IMG/VR virus record: IMGVR_UViG_3300045988_174840
Length of the DNA: 59,807 nucleotides
Direction: 5' to 3' (one strand)
DNA from: a virus
Part shown: one piece after another, positions 37,548-48,181 of the stretch
How the letters are laid out: each line of letters begins with the position of its first letter
Numbering within the stretch: position 1 is the stretch's first letter
Notes under the pieces: model-generated
Told to the model about the DNA's origin: nothing
What the model saw: the letters and a program-made list of their open reading frames with translations, nothing else
Database searches by the model: none
Made by a program: the position numbers and the translations under genes

Positions 37548-37931
37548 ATGGTAGATGTATTAATGGTATTTTTAAAATTAGTTATTATGGTTGTTGTTCC
37601 AGTAGCAACATCAGTTTTAACATTCTTATTAAAAACTTATCTTGAAGAACTAATTAACAAAAATGTTCAAAATGAAACTGCGGATGCTCTAAAGAAAGGA
37701 CTAAATATTATTTTAGATTCAGTTAATTATGTTCAACAGACATACGTAGATAATTTAAAAAAAGAAGATAAGTTTACCGCGGAAGCTCAGTCTAAAGCTC
37801 TTCAAAGTGCGAAACAACGTGCTATTGAATTAATGAATACTGATGTCCAATCCGCGATTGAAGCTAGTTACGGTAACTTAGATACTTATGTTACTACAGT
37901 AATAGAAAGTTTAATAAAGAAAAATAAATAA
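37548..37931 (+). CDS. small membrane-anchored protein (127 aa, one N-terminal transmembrane helix)
   Basis: Hydrophobic stretch VLMVFLKLVIMVVVPVATSVLTFLL followed by a charged helical region. Confidence 0.4.
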   Translation: MVDVLMVFLKLVIMVVVPVATSVLTFLLKTYLEELINKNVQNETADALKKGLNIILDSVNYVQQTYVDNLKKEDKFTAEAQSKALQSAKQRAIELMNTDVQSAIEASYGNLDTYVTTVIESLIKKNK

Positions 37932-37942
37932 GAAAGGAGAGA

Positions 37943-37966
37943 GGCGGGTTCATCCCGCCTATTTTT
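37943..37966 (+). terminator. GC hairpin GGCGGGTTCATCCCGCC plus TATTTTT, located between a ribosome-binding site (AAAGGAGAGAGG) and the ATG at 37970
   Basis: Acts as a terminator or attenuator. The downstream gene has no other ribosome-binding site. Confidence 0.5.
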
Positions 37967-37969
37967 AGT

Positions 37970-39370
37970 ATGGATAAAATTAAATCAGCAAAAATATCTT
38001 TAGATGATGGTGCTAGTTATAGTGAAGAAATTCCTATTGGGGCAGAAGCTTCTAATGTAGACCTACCAGATGGAACTAACTTAGGTGAATATTTAGAAGA
38101 TATGAAAATTGCAAATGAACTTAAAGCAAGTTTAAAATCCGCCAGATTACGTAATTATCAAGGAGAAGTTCCTGTTGGAGCGAGAAGCTTGACCATTGGA
38201 TTAAACAATAGGGCAGTTGGAGAAGATTCTTTTGCAGAAGGAAAAGCAACTTATGCAGTAGGTAATTTTTGTCATGCTGAAGGTAATGGTACTACTGCGG
38301 GTTTCAAAAATACTGCTACTGGTAAAACAACTTATGCAGCACATGCTGAAGGCGGTAATACTCAAGCTTTAGGTATGTACTCTCATGCACAGGGATATAA
38401 TACAATAGCTAGAGCGGATATGTCTCATTGTGAAGGATTCTGTGGAGAAGCAAAAGGTACCGCCTCTCATGTAGAAGGGCTTGGAACTATTTCTCACGCT
38501 TCATATCAACATGTACAAGGAAAGTATAATATAGAAGATGTTGAAAATAAATATGCCCATATTGTAGGTGGTGGTACAGGTAGCTCTGAAAATCAAAGAA
38601 AAAATATTTATACTCTTGATTGGCAAGGTAATGCAGTATATTCAGGAGATGTAATCATAACTGTTGGAAATGAACAAATATTTCTCTCTTCTATAATGAA
38701 TTTTCTTCAACCTGGAGCCGCAGCTCATAATTCTATATACAGAGGAAAATTTTTAGGAGATACTATTACTTCAGAACAAGCTTCTGCAATTAGTGATGGA
38801 ACTTTTAGAGATTTATATTTAGGCGATTATTGGACTGTTAATGGAGTTAATTATAGGATAGCAGATTTTGATTATTGGATAAACAAAGGCTTTCCAGAAG
38901 TTGATAAAACAAAAGTTCATCATCTTGTTATTGTTCCAGACAGTTATTTAGCTACTGGGCAGATGAATTCTTCCCTTACTACCAATGGTGGATATATAGG
39001 TTCTGGAATGAAAACGAATATATTAAATACCGTTACATCAAATTTACCAGATACTTTTAAATCAAGAATACTATCTCGTAGAATTATGGCTGAAGGGACT
39101 TGGACTGTCGCTACATTAGATTTGATGAATGAAGTGATGGCATACGGTTGCTATATTTATACCCATAACAATAATAAACAAACCTCTGACAATAGGCAAT
39201 TAAATTTATTTCGTTTCAATTCAGGTTTACTAAATATCAATAGCGATTATTGGTTGAGAGATGTATCAAGCGAAACTAGGTTTTGTTTAATTTCTCAATA
39301 TGGAGATGCGAGTAGAGATGATGCTACTAGCACTTATGGCGTTAGACCTGTTTTTGCGATAGGTGGTTAA
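37970..39370 (+). CDS. tail fibre protein with YadA/Hep_Hag-like short beta-helix repeats
   Basis: Reiterated xHAEG, SHAQG, SHCEG, SHVEG and QHVQG heptad-like repeats (FAEGKATYAVGNFCHAEGNGTTAG...). Confidence 0.5.
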   Translation: MDKIKSAKISLDDGASYSEEIPIGAEASNVDLPDGTNLGEYLEDMKIANELKASLKSARLRNYQGEVPVGARSLTIGLNNRAVGEDSFAEGKATYAVGNFCHAEGNGTTAGFKNTATGKTTYAAHAEGGNTQALGMYSHAQGYNTIARADMSHCEGFCGEAKGTASHVEGLGTISHASYQHVQGKYNIEDVENKYAHIVGGGTGSSENQRKNIYTLDWQGNAVYSGDVIITVGNEQIFLSSIMNFLQPGAAAHNSIYRGKFLGDTITSEQASAISDGTFRDLYLGDYWTVNGVNYRIADFDYWINKGFPEVDKTKVHHLVIVPDSYLATGQMNSSLTTNGGYIGSGMKTNILNTVTSNLPDTFKSRILSRRIMAEGTWTVATLDLMNEVMAYGCYIYTHNNNKQTSDNRQLNLFRFNSGLLNINSDYWLRDVSSETRFCLISQYGDASRDDATSTYGVRPVFAIGG

Positions 39371-39468
39371 TATAGGTTTTTAGTAGCTCTATATGGGTAA
39401 AACTATTTAATTACTTTTTTCTTTTTTTAAAATATTGTGAAGAAAGATAAAATAGGAGGGTAAGTTTT

Positions 39469-39951
39469 GTGATAGAGCTATTAGCAAAATATTCTTTATC
39501 AGAAATTGTTGCTTTTTTAGTTACTTTTGCTTTGGCTATAAAAGGAGTTATTTCTTTTTATGATTGGGCAACTGAACGATTAAAAAAAGCTTTTAGTAAA
39601 GAAACTCAAAGAGATAAAGAAAAAGAGGTATTAGAAGAAAGATTAGTTTATGGAGCTGATAAAATGCGGGCTTTAGATAAACAACAGAAACAAACTAATG
39701 AACAATTAAAGGCAATTCATAAACAACTAGAAATGTTAATTTCTTCTGATAAAGATGATATAAAAGCTGATTTAACTAAAGATCATCATTATTTTTGTTA
39801 TAAAAAAAAGTGGATAGATGATTATAGTTTAGATTGTATGCAAAGAAGATTTGAAAGATATGTAGAAGAAGGCGGCAATTCTTTTATTGAAAAATTGATG
39901 GATGAAGTTAAAGATTTACCAAACCAGCCGCCTTCTGGTTTAGATAGTTGA
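39469..39951 (+). CDS. membrane-anchored coiled-coil protein (160 aa, GTG start)
   Basis: N-terminal transmembrane segment IVAFLVTFALAIKGVISF followed by a coiled coil. AGGAGGG ribosome-binding site. Confidence 0.4.
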   Translation: MIELLAKYSLSEIVAFLVTFALAIKGVISFYDWATERLKKAFSKETQRDKEKEVLEERLVYGADKMRALDKQQKQTNEQLKAIHKQLEMLISSDKDDIKADLTKDHHYFCYKKKWIDDYSLDCMQRRFERYVEEGGNSFIEKLMDEVKDLPNQPPSGLDS

Positions 39952-39983
39952 ATTGAATTAAAGAGAAAAAAGGAGAAAATAAT

Positions 39984-42704
39984 ATGGCAAGCATAGGAAA
40001 TAATTTATATCCCCCAATTATAGATACATTTATGCCAGCCTTTGTACGAACTCAAACTTGTAGAGTTTATTTTTCATTGTCAAGATATAATGATATAAAA
40101 GAAATAATGAACGCACAGATTATCGTAAGTAATCAAAGTACTAACGCATCTGTACTAGATTCCGTCGCTTACCCCGTGGGCATAAAAGTATCTAATATTT
40201 TGATTGATTCAGAAAGAATTACTGATGATAAATATTATGTAGAAATAAATCCCTCAGATTTAGCAGGAAATAGGGGGTTTGGAGTTAATCAATTTTATAA
40301 AGTTCAAATTCGTTTTACTAGTACAAATGCTACTAGTTTTCCAAGCGATACCAATAAAATAGCTAGTTGGTTATCAAGTAATGAAAGTTATTTTTCTGAA
40401 TGGTCTACGGTTTGTGTTATTAAAGGCATAGAGAAGCCACAATTATCTATTGTAGGATTCGAGAATGGACTAGACCAAGAAATTATTTTTACAAATCAAG
40501 TTACATCAATAGTAGGTTCAATGTATTATTCTGCTAATTCTACTCTTGAAAAAGAATTTTTAAAAACCTATCAGATTCAAATTTATAATAGTGAGACAGA
40601 GGAAGCAAAGCCTGTTATAGATAGTGGGATTTTATATTCTAATCCATATAGTCCTAATGAAATTAATTATACTTTAAATTATCAATTAGAAGAAGGAACT
40701 CAGTATAGAGTAGATATTACCTATACTACAAATAATTATTATACTTCTACACAATCGTATAATTTCATTATTATTAGTTATGGAATAGATAGGTTAAATG
40801 CCACTATAACCGCATTAGATGATCTTGATGAAGGGCGAGTTAAAATTCATATATTAAGTACAAAAGATGAAACTTTTTTTGGAAACGTTACAATCAGAAG
40901 AACCTCCAGTAACAGTAATTTTCAAGTTTGGGAAGATATATATACAATTAGTATTGTTGCGAGTGAAAAACTGGATTTGACTTGGTACGACTATACCGTT
41001 GAGAGCGGCGTTTGGTATAAGTATTGTGCCCAGAAAACAAATGAGCGTGGAGACCGAGGTCCGATAATTCAAATTGATAGTCCAATCATGCTAAATCTTG
41101 AAGATAGTTATTTAAGTGCGAATGGAAAACACTTAAAATTAAAATTTGATAATCAGATTTCTTCTTTCCAACATACTATTTCAGAAACTAAGACGGACAC
41201 CATAGGCTCTCAATTTCCATATATTAGAAGAAATGGCAATATGAATTATCGTCAGTTTCCTATCACTGGATTGATAACTAGCTTTTGCGATGAACAAGAA
41301 TTATTTACTAGCAAAGATGAGATTTATGGTGAAAGTAAAAATCTTTATAAAGAATATAACAGTGAACAGAATATTTCTGATTATAGAGATTTTATATATG
41401 AGAAGAAGTTTCGAGATAAGGTATTGGATTTTTTATATGAAGATTCTGTTAAACTTTTTAGGTCAACAACAGAAGGAAATATATTAGTTAAGTTAATGGA
41501 TATTACTTTAACCCCTAATCAAACGTTAGGTAGAATGTTATATTCATTTTCCGCGAACGCATATGAAATAGATGAAAGTAATTTGGTCAATTATAATAAA
41601 TATAATATTCAATTAAGTGGAGAAACAGTATCATATATAGAAGGTACTTTTTCTAAAATTGGTCAACTATATGGAGAATTTAGAAAGAATACCAATATTT
41701 TTTCTATAATTTCAGAAAAATATGTAGAATCTAGTAAAACAGGTGTAATAAATGTTCCTCAATATTTAAGCTATTTGAAAGTTGAATTTAATTCAAAGCC
41801 TTATTTAATTGTAGATGGAAGTAATCCCCGCCCTGCGTTACCAAATGAAAAATCAAATAACTTAGTTCAAGGATATATAATGACGATTAATGGAAAAAAT
41901 GTTATAGTAAAAGAACGCGGTTTTTATGAACTAAGAGATGAAGGTATTAACATAACTTTACTAGTTTTCCCTGTTGACTGTAATGTTACTATTGATTATG
42001 TTTATGTTTATACAAAAGAAGAAGATACTCGCAGAAAAGTTGATAGAGTTTATTATACTCAAAAGGTTGGTCAATTATTTGGTACTTTTGATATAAAAGA
42101 TCTTTTAATAAATAAAGTTTACTCAAAATATTTTGAAGATACTAAAACGTATTATCAAAAATTAGTTTCTATAAATGGAATTAATGTAGAAGCTAATCCA
42201 GGAGTTGTTATTTATGTACAAGATTCAGAAGATGAAAGTTTATTTAGACACGTAATTGGAGAAACTGGAGTTTTACAGCTATATAGTGATGACGCAGTTA
42301 TTCAAGGTTTTTATTTTGGCGGATTTCACCTAACTGAATTTACTGGAGAGAATTTAGAAGTTATGAACTTGGATAGTCAATATATAGAAACTGGCATTGA
42401 AGCGAATGATTTTAATAAGATAAAAAATCCTATTCCGAATGGAGTTTACAAAATAAGAGATTATAGTATACATAGTGATAGATATGAAAATCCGATGTTA
42501 TTTTTGTCATCAAATAAAGGAATAGTTAAAGATTCAGTAACTCAAAAGTATATATTGCTATTGAGACAGTTAATCAATAATAGATTCATTTATTTTAGAG
42601 ACAAATGGTATGTATTTAATGATAATGGAGATGTTCTTTGTCCAATAGATGCATTAATAGATTATTTTTGTGAAATAGAGAAAGGAGAGTATTCAGCAAC
42701 ATGA
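39984..42704 (+). CDS. large baseplate or tail-associated protein (906 aa)
   Basis: Track ORF within the tail module. AAAGGAGAAAA ribosome-binding site. Confidence 0.4.
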   Translation: MASIGNNLYPPIIDTFMPAFVRTQTCRVYFSLSRYNDIKEIMNAQIIVSNQSTNASVLDSVAYPVGIKVSNILIDSERITDDKYYVEINPSDLAGNRGFGVNQFYKVQIRFTSTNATSFPSDTNKIASWLSSNESYFSEWSTVCVIKGIEKPQLSIVGFENGLDQEIIFTNQVTSIVGSMYYSANSTLEKEFLKTYQIQIYNSETEEAKPVIDSGILYSNPYSPNEINYTLNYQLEEGTQYRVDITYTTNNYYTSTQSYNFIIISYGIDRLNATITALDDLDEGRVKIHILSTKDETFFGNVTIRRTSSNSNFQVWEDIYTISIVASEKLDLTWYDYTVESGVWYKYCAQKTNERGDRGPIIQIDSPIMLNLEDSYLSANGKHLKLKFDNQISSFQHTISETKTDTIGSQFPYIRRNGNMNYRQFPITGLITSFCDEQELFTSKDEIYGESKNLYKEYNSEQNISDYRDFIYEKKFRDKVLDFLYEDSVKLFRSTTEGNILVKLMDITLTPNQTLGRMLYSFSANAYEIDESNLVNYNKYNIQLSGETVSYIEGTFSKIGQLYGEFRKNTNIFSIISEKYVESSKTGVINVPQYLSYLKVEFNSKPYLIVDGSNPRPALPNEKSNNLVQGYIMTINGKNVIVKERGFYELRDEGINITLLVFPVDCNVTIDYVYVYTKEEDTRRKVDRVYYTQKVGQLFGTFDIKDLLINKVYSKYFEDTKTYYQKLVSINGINVEANPGVVIYVQDSEDESLFRHVIGETGVLQLYSDDAVIQGFYFGGFHLTEFTGENLEVMNLDSQYIETGIEANDFNKIKNPIPNGVYKIRDYSIHSDRYENPMLFLSSNKGIVKDSVTQKYILLLRQLINNRFIYFRDKWYVFNDNGDVLCPIDALIDYFCEIEKGEYSAT

Positions 42705-44728
42705 GATATCCTTATTTAAAAGACTCTTCTTTTTTAAAAGAAATTGATAAATTAAAAATAAAGGAGCAATTTGTAAAGATTATATTATTAGATTTTTATG
42801 AGAACCCAATAAGAGAAATACAGGGAAAAGCTATAAGTGGTAGCTTAAATTTAGAAGGGGAATCAAATATTAGAAGGACTTGCAATTTAACTATGGTTGC
42901 AAGTCCTTTTGAAAATGATCTAACTAATATAAATAATCTTATTTCTATAAATAAAAAGATTCAATTAGAAATAGGAATTTTAAATACTACAAAAAAATAT
43001 CAAGAGTATAAAATAATCTGGTTTCCGCAAGGTATTTTTGTTAATATTAACTCATCTATTTCACATTCTACTAGTGACGTAACTATATCATTACAGATGA
43101 AAGATAAAATGTGTTTACTTAATGGAGAGTGCGGAGGCATTATTCCTGCTTCTACAACTTTTCACGAATATGAGACAACTGATGAAAATGGTAATACAGT
43201 AATAAGTAATCCAACAATTTATCAGATTATTCAAGAGGTAGTTAATCATTTTGGCGGAGAACAGCTAAGTAAAATTATTATTAGTGATATTGATCTCCGC
43301 ATTAAGAAGGTTATGAAATGGACAGGAAGTTCTCCTTTCTACTTGATAAAAAAAATGAAAAATAATACTATTCAATATTTGCCTACTACTAACGCAGATG
43401 AACTTACAAAAGAAGATGTTCAAGAGTATAAAATATATGAATATGGAGAAGATATAGGATATGTATACACAGACTTCGTCTATCCAGGAGAATTAATTGG
43501 AGATGCTGGAAGCACTGTATGTGATATTTTAGACTCTATTAAAGACACTTTAGGGAATTATGAATATTTTTATGATGTAGAAGGAAATTTTATTTTTCAA
43601 GAAATTAAAAATTATTTAAACAATTCTCAAACAAAAGTTGAATTAAATAATATGACAAATGACAATTATTTAATTGATATGAGTAAAGGCAAGTCAGTTT
43701 ATACTTTTGATGATAGTTGTTTGGTTACTTCTTATTCAAATAGCCCGCAATATGGAATGATAAAAAATGATTTTATAGTATGGGGTATGAAAGAAAATGA
43801 GAATGGAAACACAATGCCTATTCGTTATCATTTAGCTATTGATTCTAAGCCTAAAGTTGGAAATACTTATAAATGTTTTTTCTATGAAGATCCAGATGAT
43901 AAAATTAAAAAGGCTAAATGCCCTATTACTTTTCCTACTTTTTCTGACTTTCCAAAGGAAGGTAAAGCAGATGTTTTTTACATGGCTAAAGATTCAGGTA
44001 TAATATATAAATGGGTTACTTCAGAAAATGGAGATGAAAAATATATTGCTATAGAGAATCAATTAACTTCCATTATTACTTCTGATTGGCGGACTGAGTT
44101 ATATCTATCTGGTGTTAACGGAGAGCCTTTAGGTTCAGATTCTAATTATTATTATACTGAGCTATTGAATGAGTGGCCCAAGCTCTATGATATTGAGAAC
44201 GGGAAATTTTATGATGAAAATTTAAAGACACCAAGTGATATAGATTATTTTTTAGATTTTATAGACTCTTCAGCGTCAATTTCTGAGCTTAGTATATCTA
44301 ATATAGGAAGAAGAACTAAAGTTATTAACGATGATAAGATAAACTGTATTTTTGAGCCAGAGATTCCAGACTTAGTATTGTTAAATTTAGCGGATAAGAA
44401 TGTCGAAGAGCTAAGGACAGAATGTGATAACAAAGGACAAGATTATGTACAACTGGAAGATAGAATTTTTAATATGATTGTTGCAGGAGGAAAATCTAAT
44501 TCCGCGTATAATATGGTTCGAGAACTTCTATATCAATATACTAGTTATAATGAAAGTATTACAATAGATGCATTACCAATTTATTATTTAGAGCCTAATG
44601 TTAGAATTACAGTAAGAGATAGTCTAAGTGGAATCTACGGAGACTATATGATAAAAAGTATTTCTCTTCCATTAGACATATCTAGTACAATGTCGATATC
44701 TTGTACAAGAGCTTTAGAAAGATTTTAA
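42701..44728 (+). CDS. baseplate protein, hypothetical (675 aa)
   Basis: Track ORF overlapping the upstream stop. Confidence 0.4.
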   Translation: MRYPYLKDSSFLKEIDKLKIKEQFVKIILLDFYENPIREIQGKAISGSLNLEGESNIRRTCNLTMVASPFENDLTNINNLISINKKIQLEIGILNTTKKYQEYKIIWFPQGIFVNINSSISHSTSDVTISLQMKDKMCLLNGECGGIIPASTTFHEYETTDENGNTVISNPTIYQIIQEVVNHFGGEQLSKIIISDIDLRIKKVMKWTGSSPFYLIKKMKNNTIQYLPTTNADELTKEDVQEYKIYEYGEDIGYVYTDFVYPGELIGDAGSTVCDILDSIKDTLGNYEYFYDVEGNFIFQEIKNYLNNSQTKVELNNMTNDNYLIDMSKGKSVYTFDDSCLVTSYSNSPQYGMIKNDFIVWGMKENENGNTMPIRYHLAIDSKPKVGNTYKCFFYEDPDDKIKKAKCPITFPTFSDFPKEGKADVFYMAKDSGIIYKWVTSENGDEKYIAIENQLTSIITSDWRTELYLSGVNGEPLGSDSNYYYTELLNEWPKLYDIENGKFYDENLKTPSDIDYFLDFIDSSASISELSISNIGRRTKVINDDKINCIFEPEIPDLVLLNLADKNVEELRTECDNKGQDYVQLEDRIFNMIVAGGKSNSAYNMVRELLYQYTSYNESITIDALPIYYLEPNVRITVRDSLSGIYGDYMIKSISLPLDISSTMSISCTRALERF

Positions 44729-44749
44729 TAATAAGAAAGGAGAAAACTT

Positions 44750-45490
44750 ATGTATCAAATAGGTCAATTTCGTAGAACTCAATTACCTATAGATAGATAT
44801 AAAATTACCAAACAAGGTGAAATTGTAAGCGTAAAAAGTACCTTCAAAAGCAGTAATGGTGAAGAAGATGACTCTTTTGTTTTTGAAAATAAAGGACTTT
44901 TATTAGAAGGTAGTAATGTTTTAGATAATCAAACTAGTTATTATTTAAAGTTTACTGTTTATAAGAAAACTTCTGGAGAACAAAGTTTTGACTTAATTTT
45001 AAAGAATAGTGATGTTTCAAACAAAGAAACTCAGACTATAGAGTCTTTTGTTGCGGCGAAGTTAGTAGAGGGAGAAAAAAATAATAAAGTAACTTTCGAA
45101 GTAATTATTTCTCCTAATTCAACATATAATCAAATTGTTTTCGATTTAGATAGAACTTCAATAGATTTAAAAGAAGCTAATCAAGAGAAAGAGGATGTAG
45201 TTGGAAGAGTTATGAATATTGAAGTTAATGATTTTTATGCTATTCATAACATAATTGAAGATTTATCTTCTAATCTTAATTATTCTGATTTAGAAGAGCT
45301 AGCTAAAATCGGCGTACAAGGACCGCCTGGATTGATTATGTGTATCAACAGGGAACAGATTAGAATAGGTAGAACTGGAATATATGAATTAAATAATGGG
45401 ATGAAGATTCAATCTATTGGTTTTGTTTTAAAAAAATCTGATTTTTATTTAGATGGAACTGATTATTTCATAATGGATTTCCAGTATTAA
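44750..45490 (+). CDS. hypothetical tail protein (246 aa)
   Basis: Track ORF. Confidence 0.4.
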   Translation: MYQIGQFRRTQLPIDRYKITKQGEIVSVKSTFKSSNGEEDDSFVFENKGLLLEGSNVLDNQTSYYLKFTVYKKTSGEQSFDLILKNSDVSNKETQTIESFVAAKLVEGEKNNKVTFEVIISPNSTYNQIVFDLDRTSIDLKEANQEKEDVVGRVMNIEVNDFYAIHNIIEDLSSNLNYSDLEELAKIGVQGPPGLIMCINREQIRIGRTGIYELNNGMKIQSIGFVLKKSDFYLDGTDYFIMDFQY

Positions 45491-45500
45491 GGAGGTTAAA

Positions 45501-47093
45501 ATGTTAGGAAGTTTTTATGGAGGTAAACCAGGAGTTTCTTTTATCATTGTAAAGAGTTATTTGTCTATCGAGGCAATGAAAAATGATTTTAGACAAGGTC
45601 CGCTTTTTAGTGAAGTTACTTTTGGGGAATATGTTTTAATTAACACTGAGAACAAAAATGATCCTGATAATGGAAAGATTTTTAGAAGAGGATTAAATTA
45701 TACTGATACGAAAACTGCGGGAGCTATTTATGTAGGTACTGTTGTTGGTCCCGCGGGAAGAGCTCCGATGCTAGAAGTTACTACTTTAGATATAATAAAA
45801 GATAAACAAAATGAAGAAGGTTTTGAATATAGAAAAGGTGAAGGCTCTTATGCCTTAAGCGGAAAAGATTTATTACCAGGTAAGGTAGATGGAGAAGACC
45901 AGTATAATGATGAAATTCAATGGGGATACTGCTCTGTTAGAAATGCAAATGGAGAAGATACTACTGCATATATTGGTTTTAAATTTCCTTATTTAGTAGT
46001 TGACTTTAAAGCTAATTCAGTTAGTCCATATTATAATAGAAGTAATGACACAGCTAATTTTACTAATAATAATTTAGTTGAAAGAGCTGATGATAAGTCT
46101 CATCCTTTTTATGAAGAATGGGATATTAAAATTCCAAAAGGAATAAAAGGAGACTCTTTAAAGAACTTAAGAGTAATGGTTGCTGATGATTCAGTTCAAT
46201 ATGAAAACTTAAGTAAAAAAGCAGATGATATTGCTAATAGTAGAAAAGTACTAGTATATGATTATTATAATTATGATGCTAATGCGAATGGTGAATTAAC
46301 TCCTATTTACTTAGGAGATTATAATATGATTGAAGATATCTATATAGATGGAGTAACAGGCAAGATTACTATTAATTATACACATGATGATGACTATGGT
46401 AAATTTTTACAATTTGTTAATGGAATTTCAATAGCGGAAAATGGAACTGTCACTCTTAGCTATACAGGCGGTGCTTCAGATGTAGTTTTATCTACTAAAT
46501 TAAAATGGATTTCTAATGTAACGGTAAACACTGGAACTCAAGAGGGGAATGGCACTCAGAAAATCGCTGTAACTTATAATGATGGAACTTCTAGTGAAAT
46601 TGGAAATCCATTAAATTATATTATGAGAATGGCGGTAAATGAAGAAAATTATCATTTGTTAATTCTTTATAGTGATCCCGCACGTAGACAAAGTTTAATT
46701 TCATCTGGACAAGCAGTTACTTATAATGGAATTCAAGGATGGTTAGATTTAGGTTCAGTAAAAGATAAGGGTGGATTATTAGTAGGTCCGCGTATAAAAA
46801 TCTCAGACTTAGGATTGACAAGTAGTGCAACTACACAACAGATTGCTGCGGCTTTAAAACGTTTATATCCAAATGGTTTTTCAGATGCAGATAAAGGAAA
46901 AGTTGCAGTTATAGAGTTTGATGAAACAATAAAAGACTATTATGGATTCGATTATGATAGTAATGAATGGTATTACATCGCAGGTTCTGCTTTAATTAAT
47001 ATTCCTATTGTAGTAGGTAAAGAGAATGATGCAGATATAGAATCAAAGATAAATGATTTACCTGAAGGCGGTATCTGGTTTGTAATAGACTAA
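45501..47093 (+). CDS. hypothetical tail/baseplate protein (530 aa)
   Basis: Track ORF. Confidence 0.4.
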   Translation: MLGSFYGGKPGVSFIIVKSYLSIEAMKNDFRQGPLFSEVTFGEYVLINTENKNDPDNGKIFRRGLNYTDTKTAGAIYVGTVVGPAGRAPMLEVTTLDIIKDKQNEEGFEYRKGEGSYALSGKDLLPGKVDGEDQYNDEIQWGYCSVRNANGEDTTAYIGFKFPYLVVDFKANSVSPYYNRSNDTANFTNNNLVERADDKSHPFYEEWDIKIPKGIKGDSLKNLRVMVADDSVQYENLSKKADDIANSRKVLVYDYYNYDANANGELTPIYLGDYNMIEDIYIDGVTGKITINYTHDDDYGKFLQFVNGISIAENGTVTLSYTGGASDVVLSTKLKWISNVTVNTGTQEGNGTQKIAVTYNDGTSSEIGNPLNYIMRMAVNEENYHLLILYSDPARRQSLISSGQAVTYNGIQGWLDLGSVKDKGGLLVGPRIKISDLGLTSSATTQQIAAALKRLYPNGFSDADKGKVAVIEFDETIKDYYGFDYDSNEWYYIAGSALINIPIVVGKENDADIESKINDLPEGGIWFVID

Positions 47094-47105
47094 AGGAGTT
47101 AAAAT

Positions 47106-47396
47106 ATGAGTGATACAAGTGTTAATAAATTCTTTGGTCAGATACGAGGACCTTTTACCAAAGACCAAGAAATTATAGAATTGATTAGAACTGTGACTAA
47201 CTATAGAAATTTAAGTTATTTAAAAAAAGTAGGTATTCAAACAGATGTAAGAAACGAGATAGAAATAAATGGTCATATCTTTGAAATAGGCAAAACTGGT
47301 ATTTTGGAGAGCGATTATGATAATAAAATTACTTCTTTAAAATTTAAGCAGGATGTTGATGAATATACTATTGTAGATTTTATTTGTAATAAATGA
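47106..47396 (+). CDS. hypothetical small tail protein (96 aa)
   Basis: Track ORF. Confidence 0.4.
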   Translation: MSDTSVNKFFGQIRGPFTKDQEIIELIRTVTNYRNLSYLKKVGIQTDVRNEIEINGHIFEIGKTGILESDYDNKITSLKFKQDVDEYTIVDFICNK

Positions 47397-47410
47397 AAGG
47401 AGTGTGTTAG

Positions 47411-47974
47411 ATGGCGGAAACAAGCAGTTCATTTAAAGTTAAACAAAAAGATGGCACTTTTAAAGATTTTAAATTTAAAGTAGATACAATAAATGTAAAG
47501 TTATCCGACCAGTATCAAGGTACTCAAGGATTGGATAATTTAGAAGATTTTTTAAAGGCTGAAAAAGAATGGACAAGTAGCGGAAATCTTAATTATGAGA
47601 TCTCAGATGGTACTGTCATTAGATTGACTATTACCCCAGCCGCGAAAAAATTAGCAAATTGTCTTTATATTTTTTCTGAGTATAATGGTCATCCTATGGA
47701 AGTAAAACAGATTCCTGTAAATATGGTAAATTATGAAAATAAGATAATTCAATTATCCTATACCATTGTAGATCCTATTACCCATGCTATGACTATTTTT
47801 CAATATAATCTAACTTGGGAAAATGATAAAAATACTTTAACAGTTTCTGATGTTCGTACAGCAGAATTAAAAGTAATTATAGAATCCGATGGTAGCAAAA
47901 ATTTAGATTTTCAAGTGGTAGAAGGAAAAAATAATAAAGCTTATAGATTAAGACAATTATGCCTTTCAAGATAG
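47411..47974 (+). CDS. hypothetical tail protein (187 aa), last gene before the operon terminator
   Basis: Track ORF. Confidence 0.4.
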   Translation: MAETSSSFKVKQKDGTFKDFKFKVDTINVKLSDQYQGTQGLDNLEDFLKAEKEWTSSGNLNYEISDGTVIRLTITPAAKKLANCLYIFSEYNGHPMEVKQIPVNMVNYENKIIQLSYTIVDPITHAMTIFQYNLTWENDKNTLTVSDVRTAELKVIIESDGSKNLDFQVVEGKNNKAYRLRQLCLSR

Positions 47975-47983
47975 TAAAATGCT

Positions 47984-48030
47984 AGCCAAGAATAATATTT
48001 ATTGTTATTCTTGGCTATTTTTTTGTTTTG
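47984..48030 (+). terminator. strong Rho-independent terminator ending the morphogenesis operon
   Basis: Hairpin AGCCAAGAATAATATTTATTGTTATTCTTGGCT followed by ATTTTTTTGTTTTG. Confidence 0.75.
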
Positions 48031-48181
48031 TACAGAATTTTAATATATGCTTTTTATTTTCTTACTTTAGGAGCCAAATTTACTTTTTAAATAAATTTTA
48101 ATGAAAATTTCGGGCAAAGTGTAAAATTTATTACCAGCTATTTTTCATATACCATTGCAAGGGAAAGGAGTGAAAAGTAAA

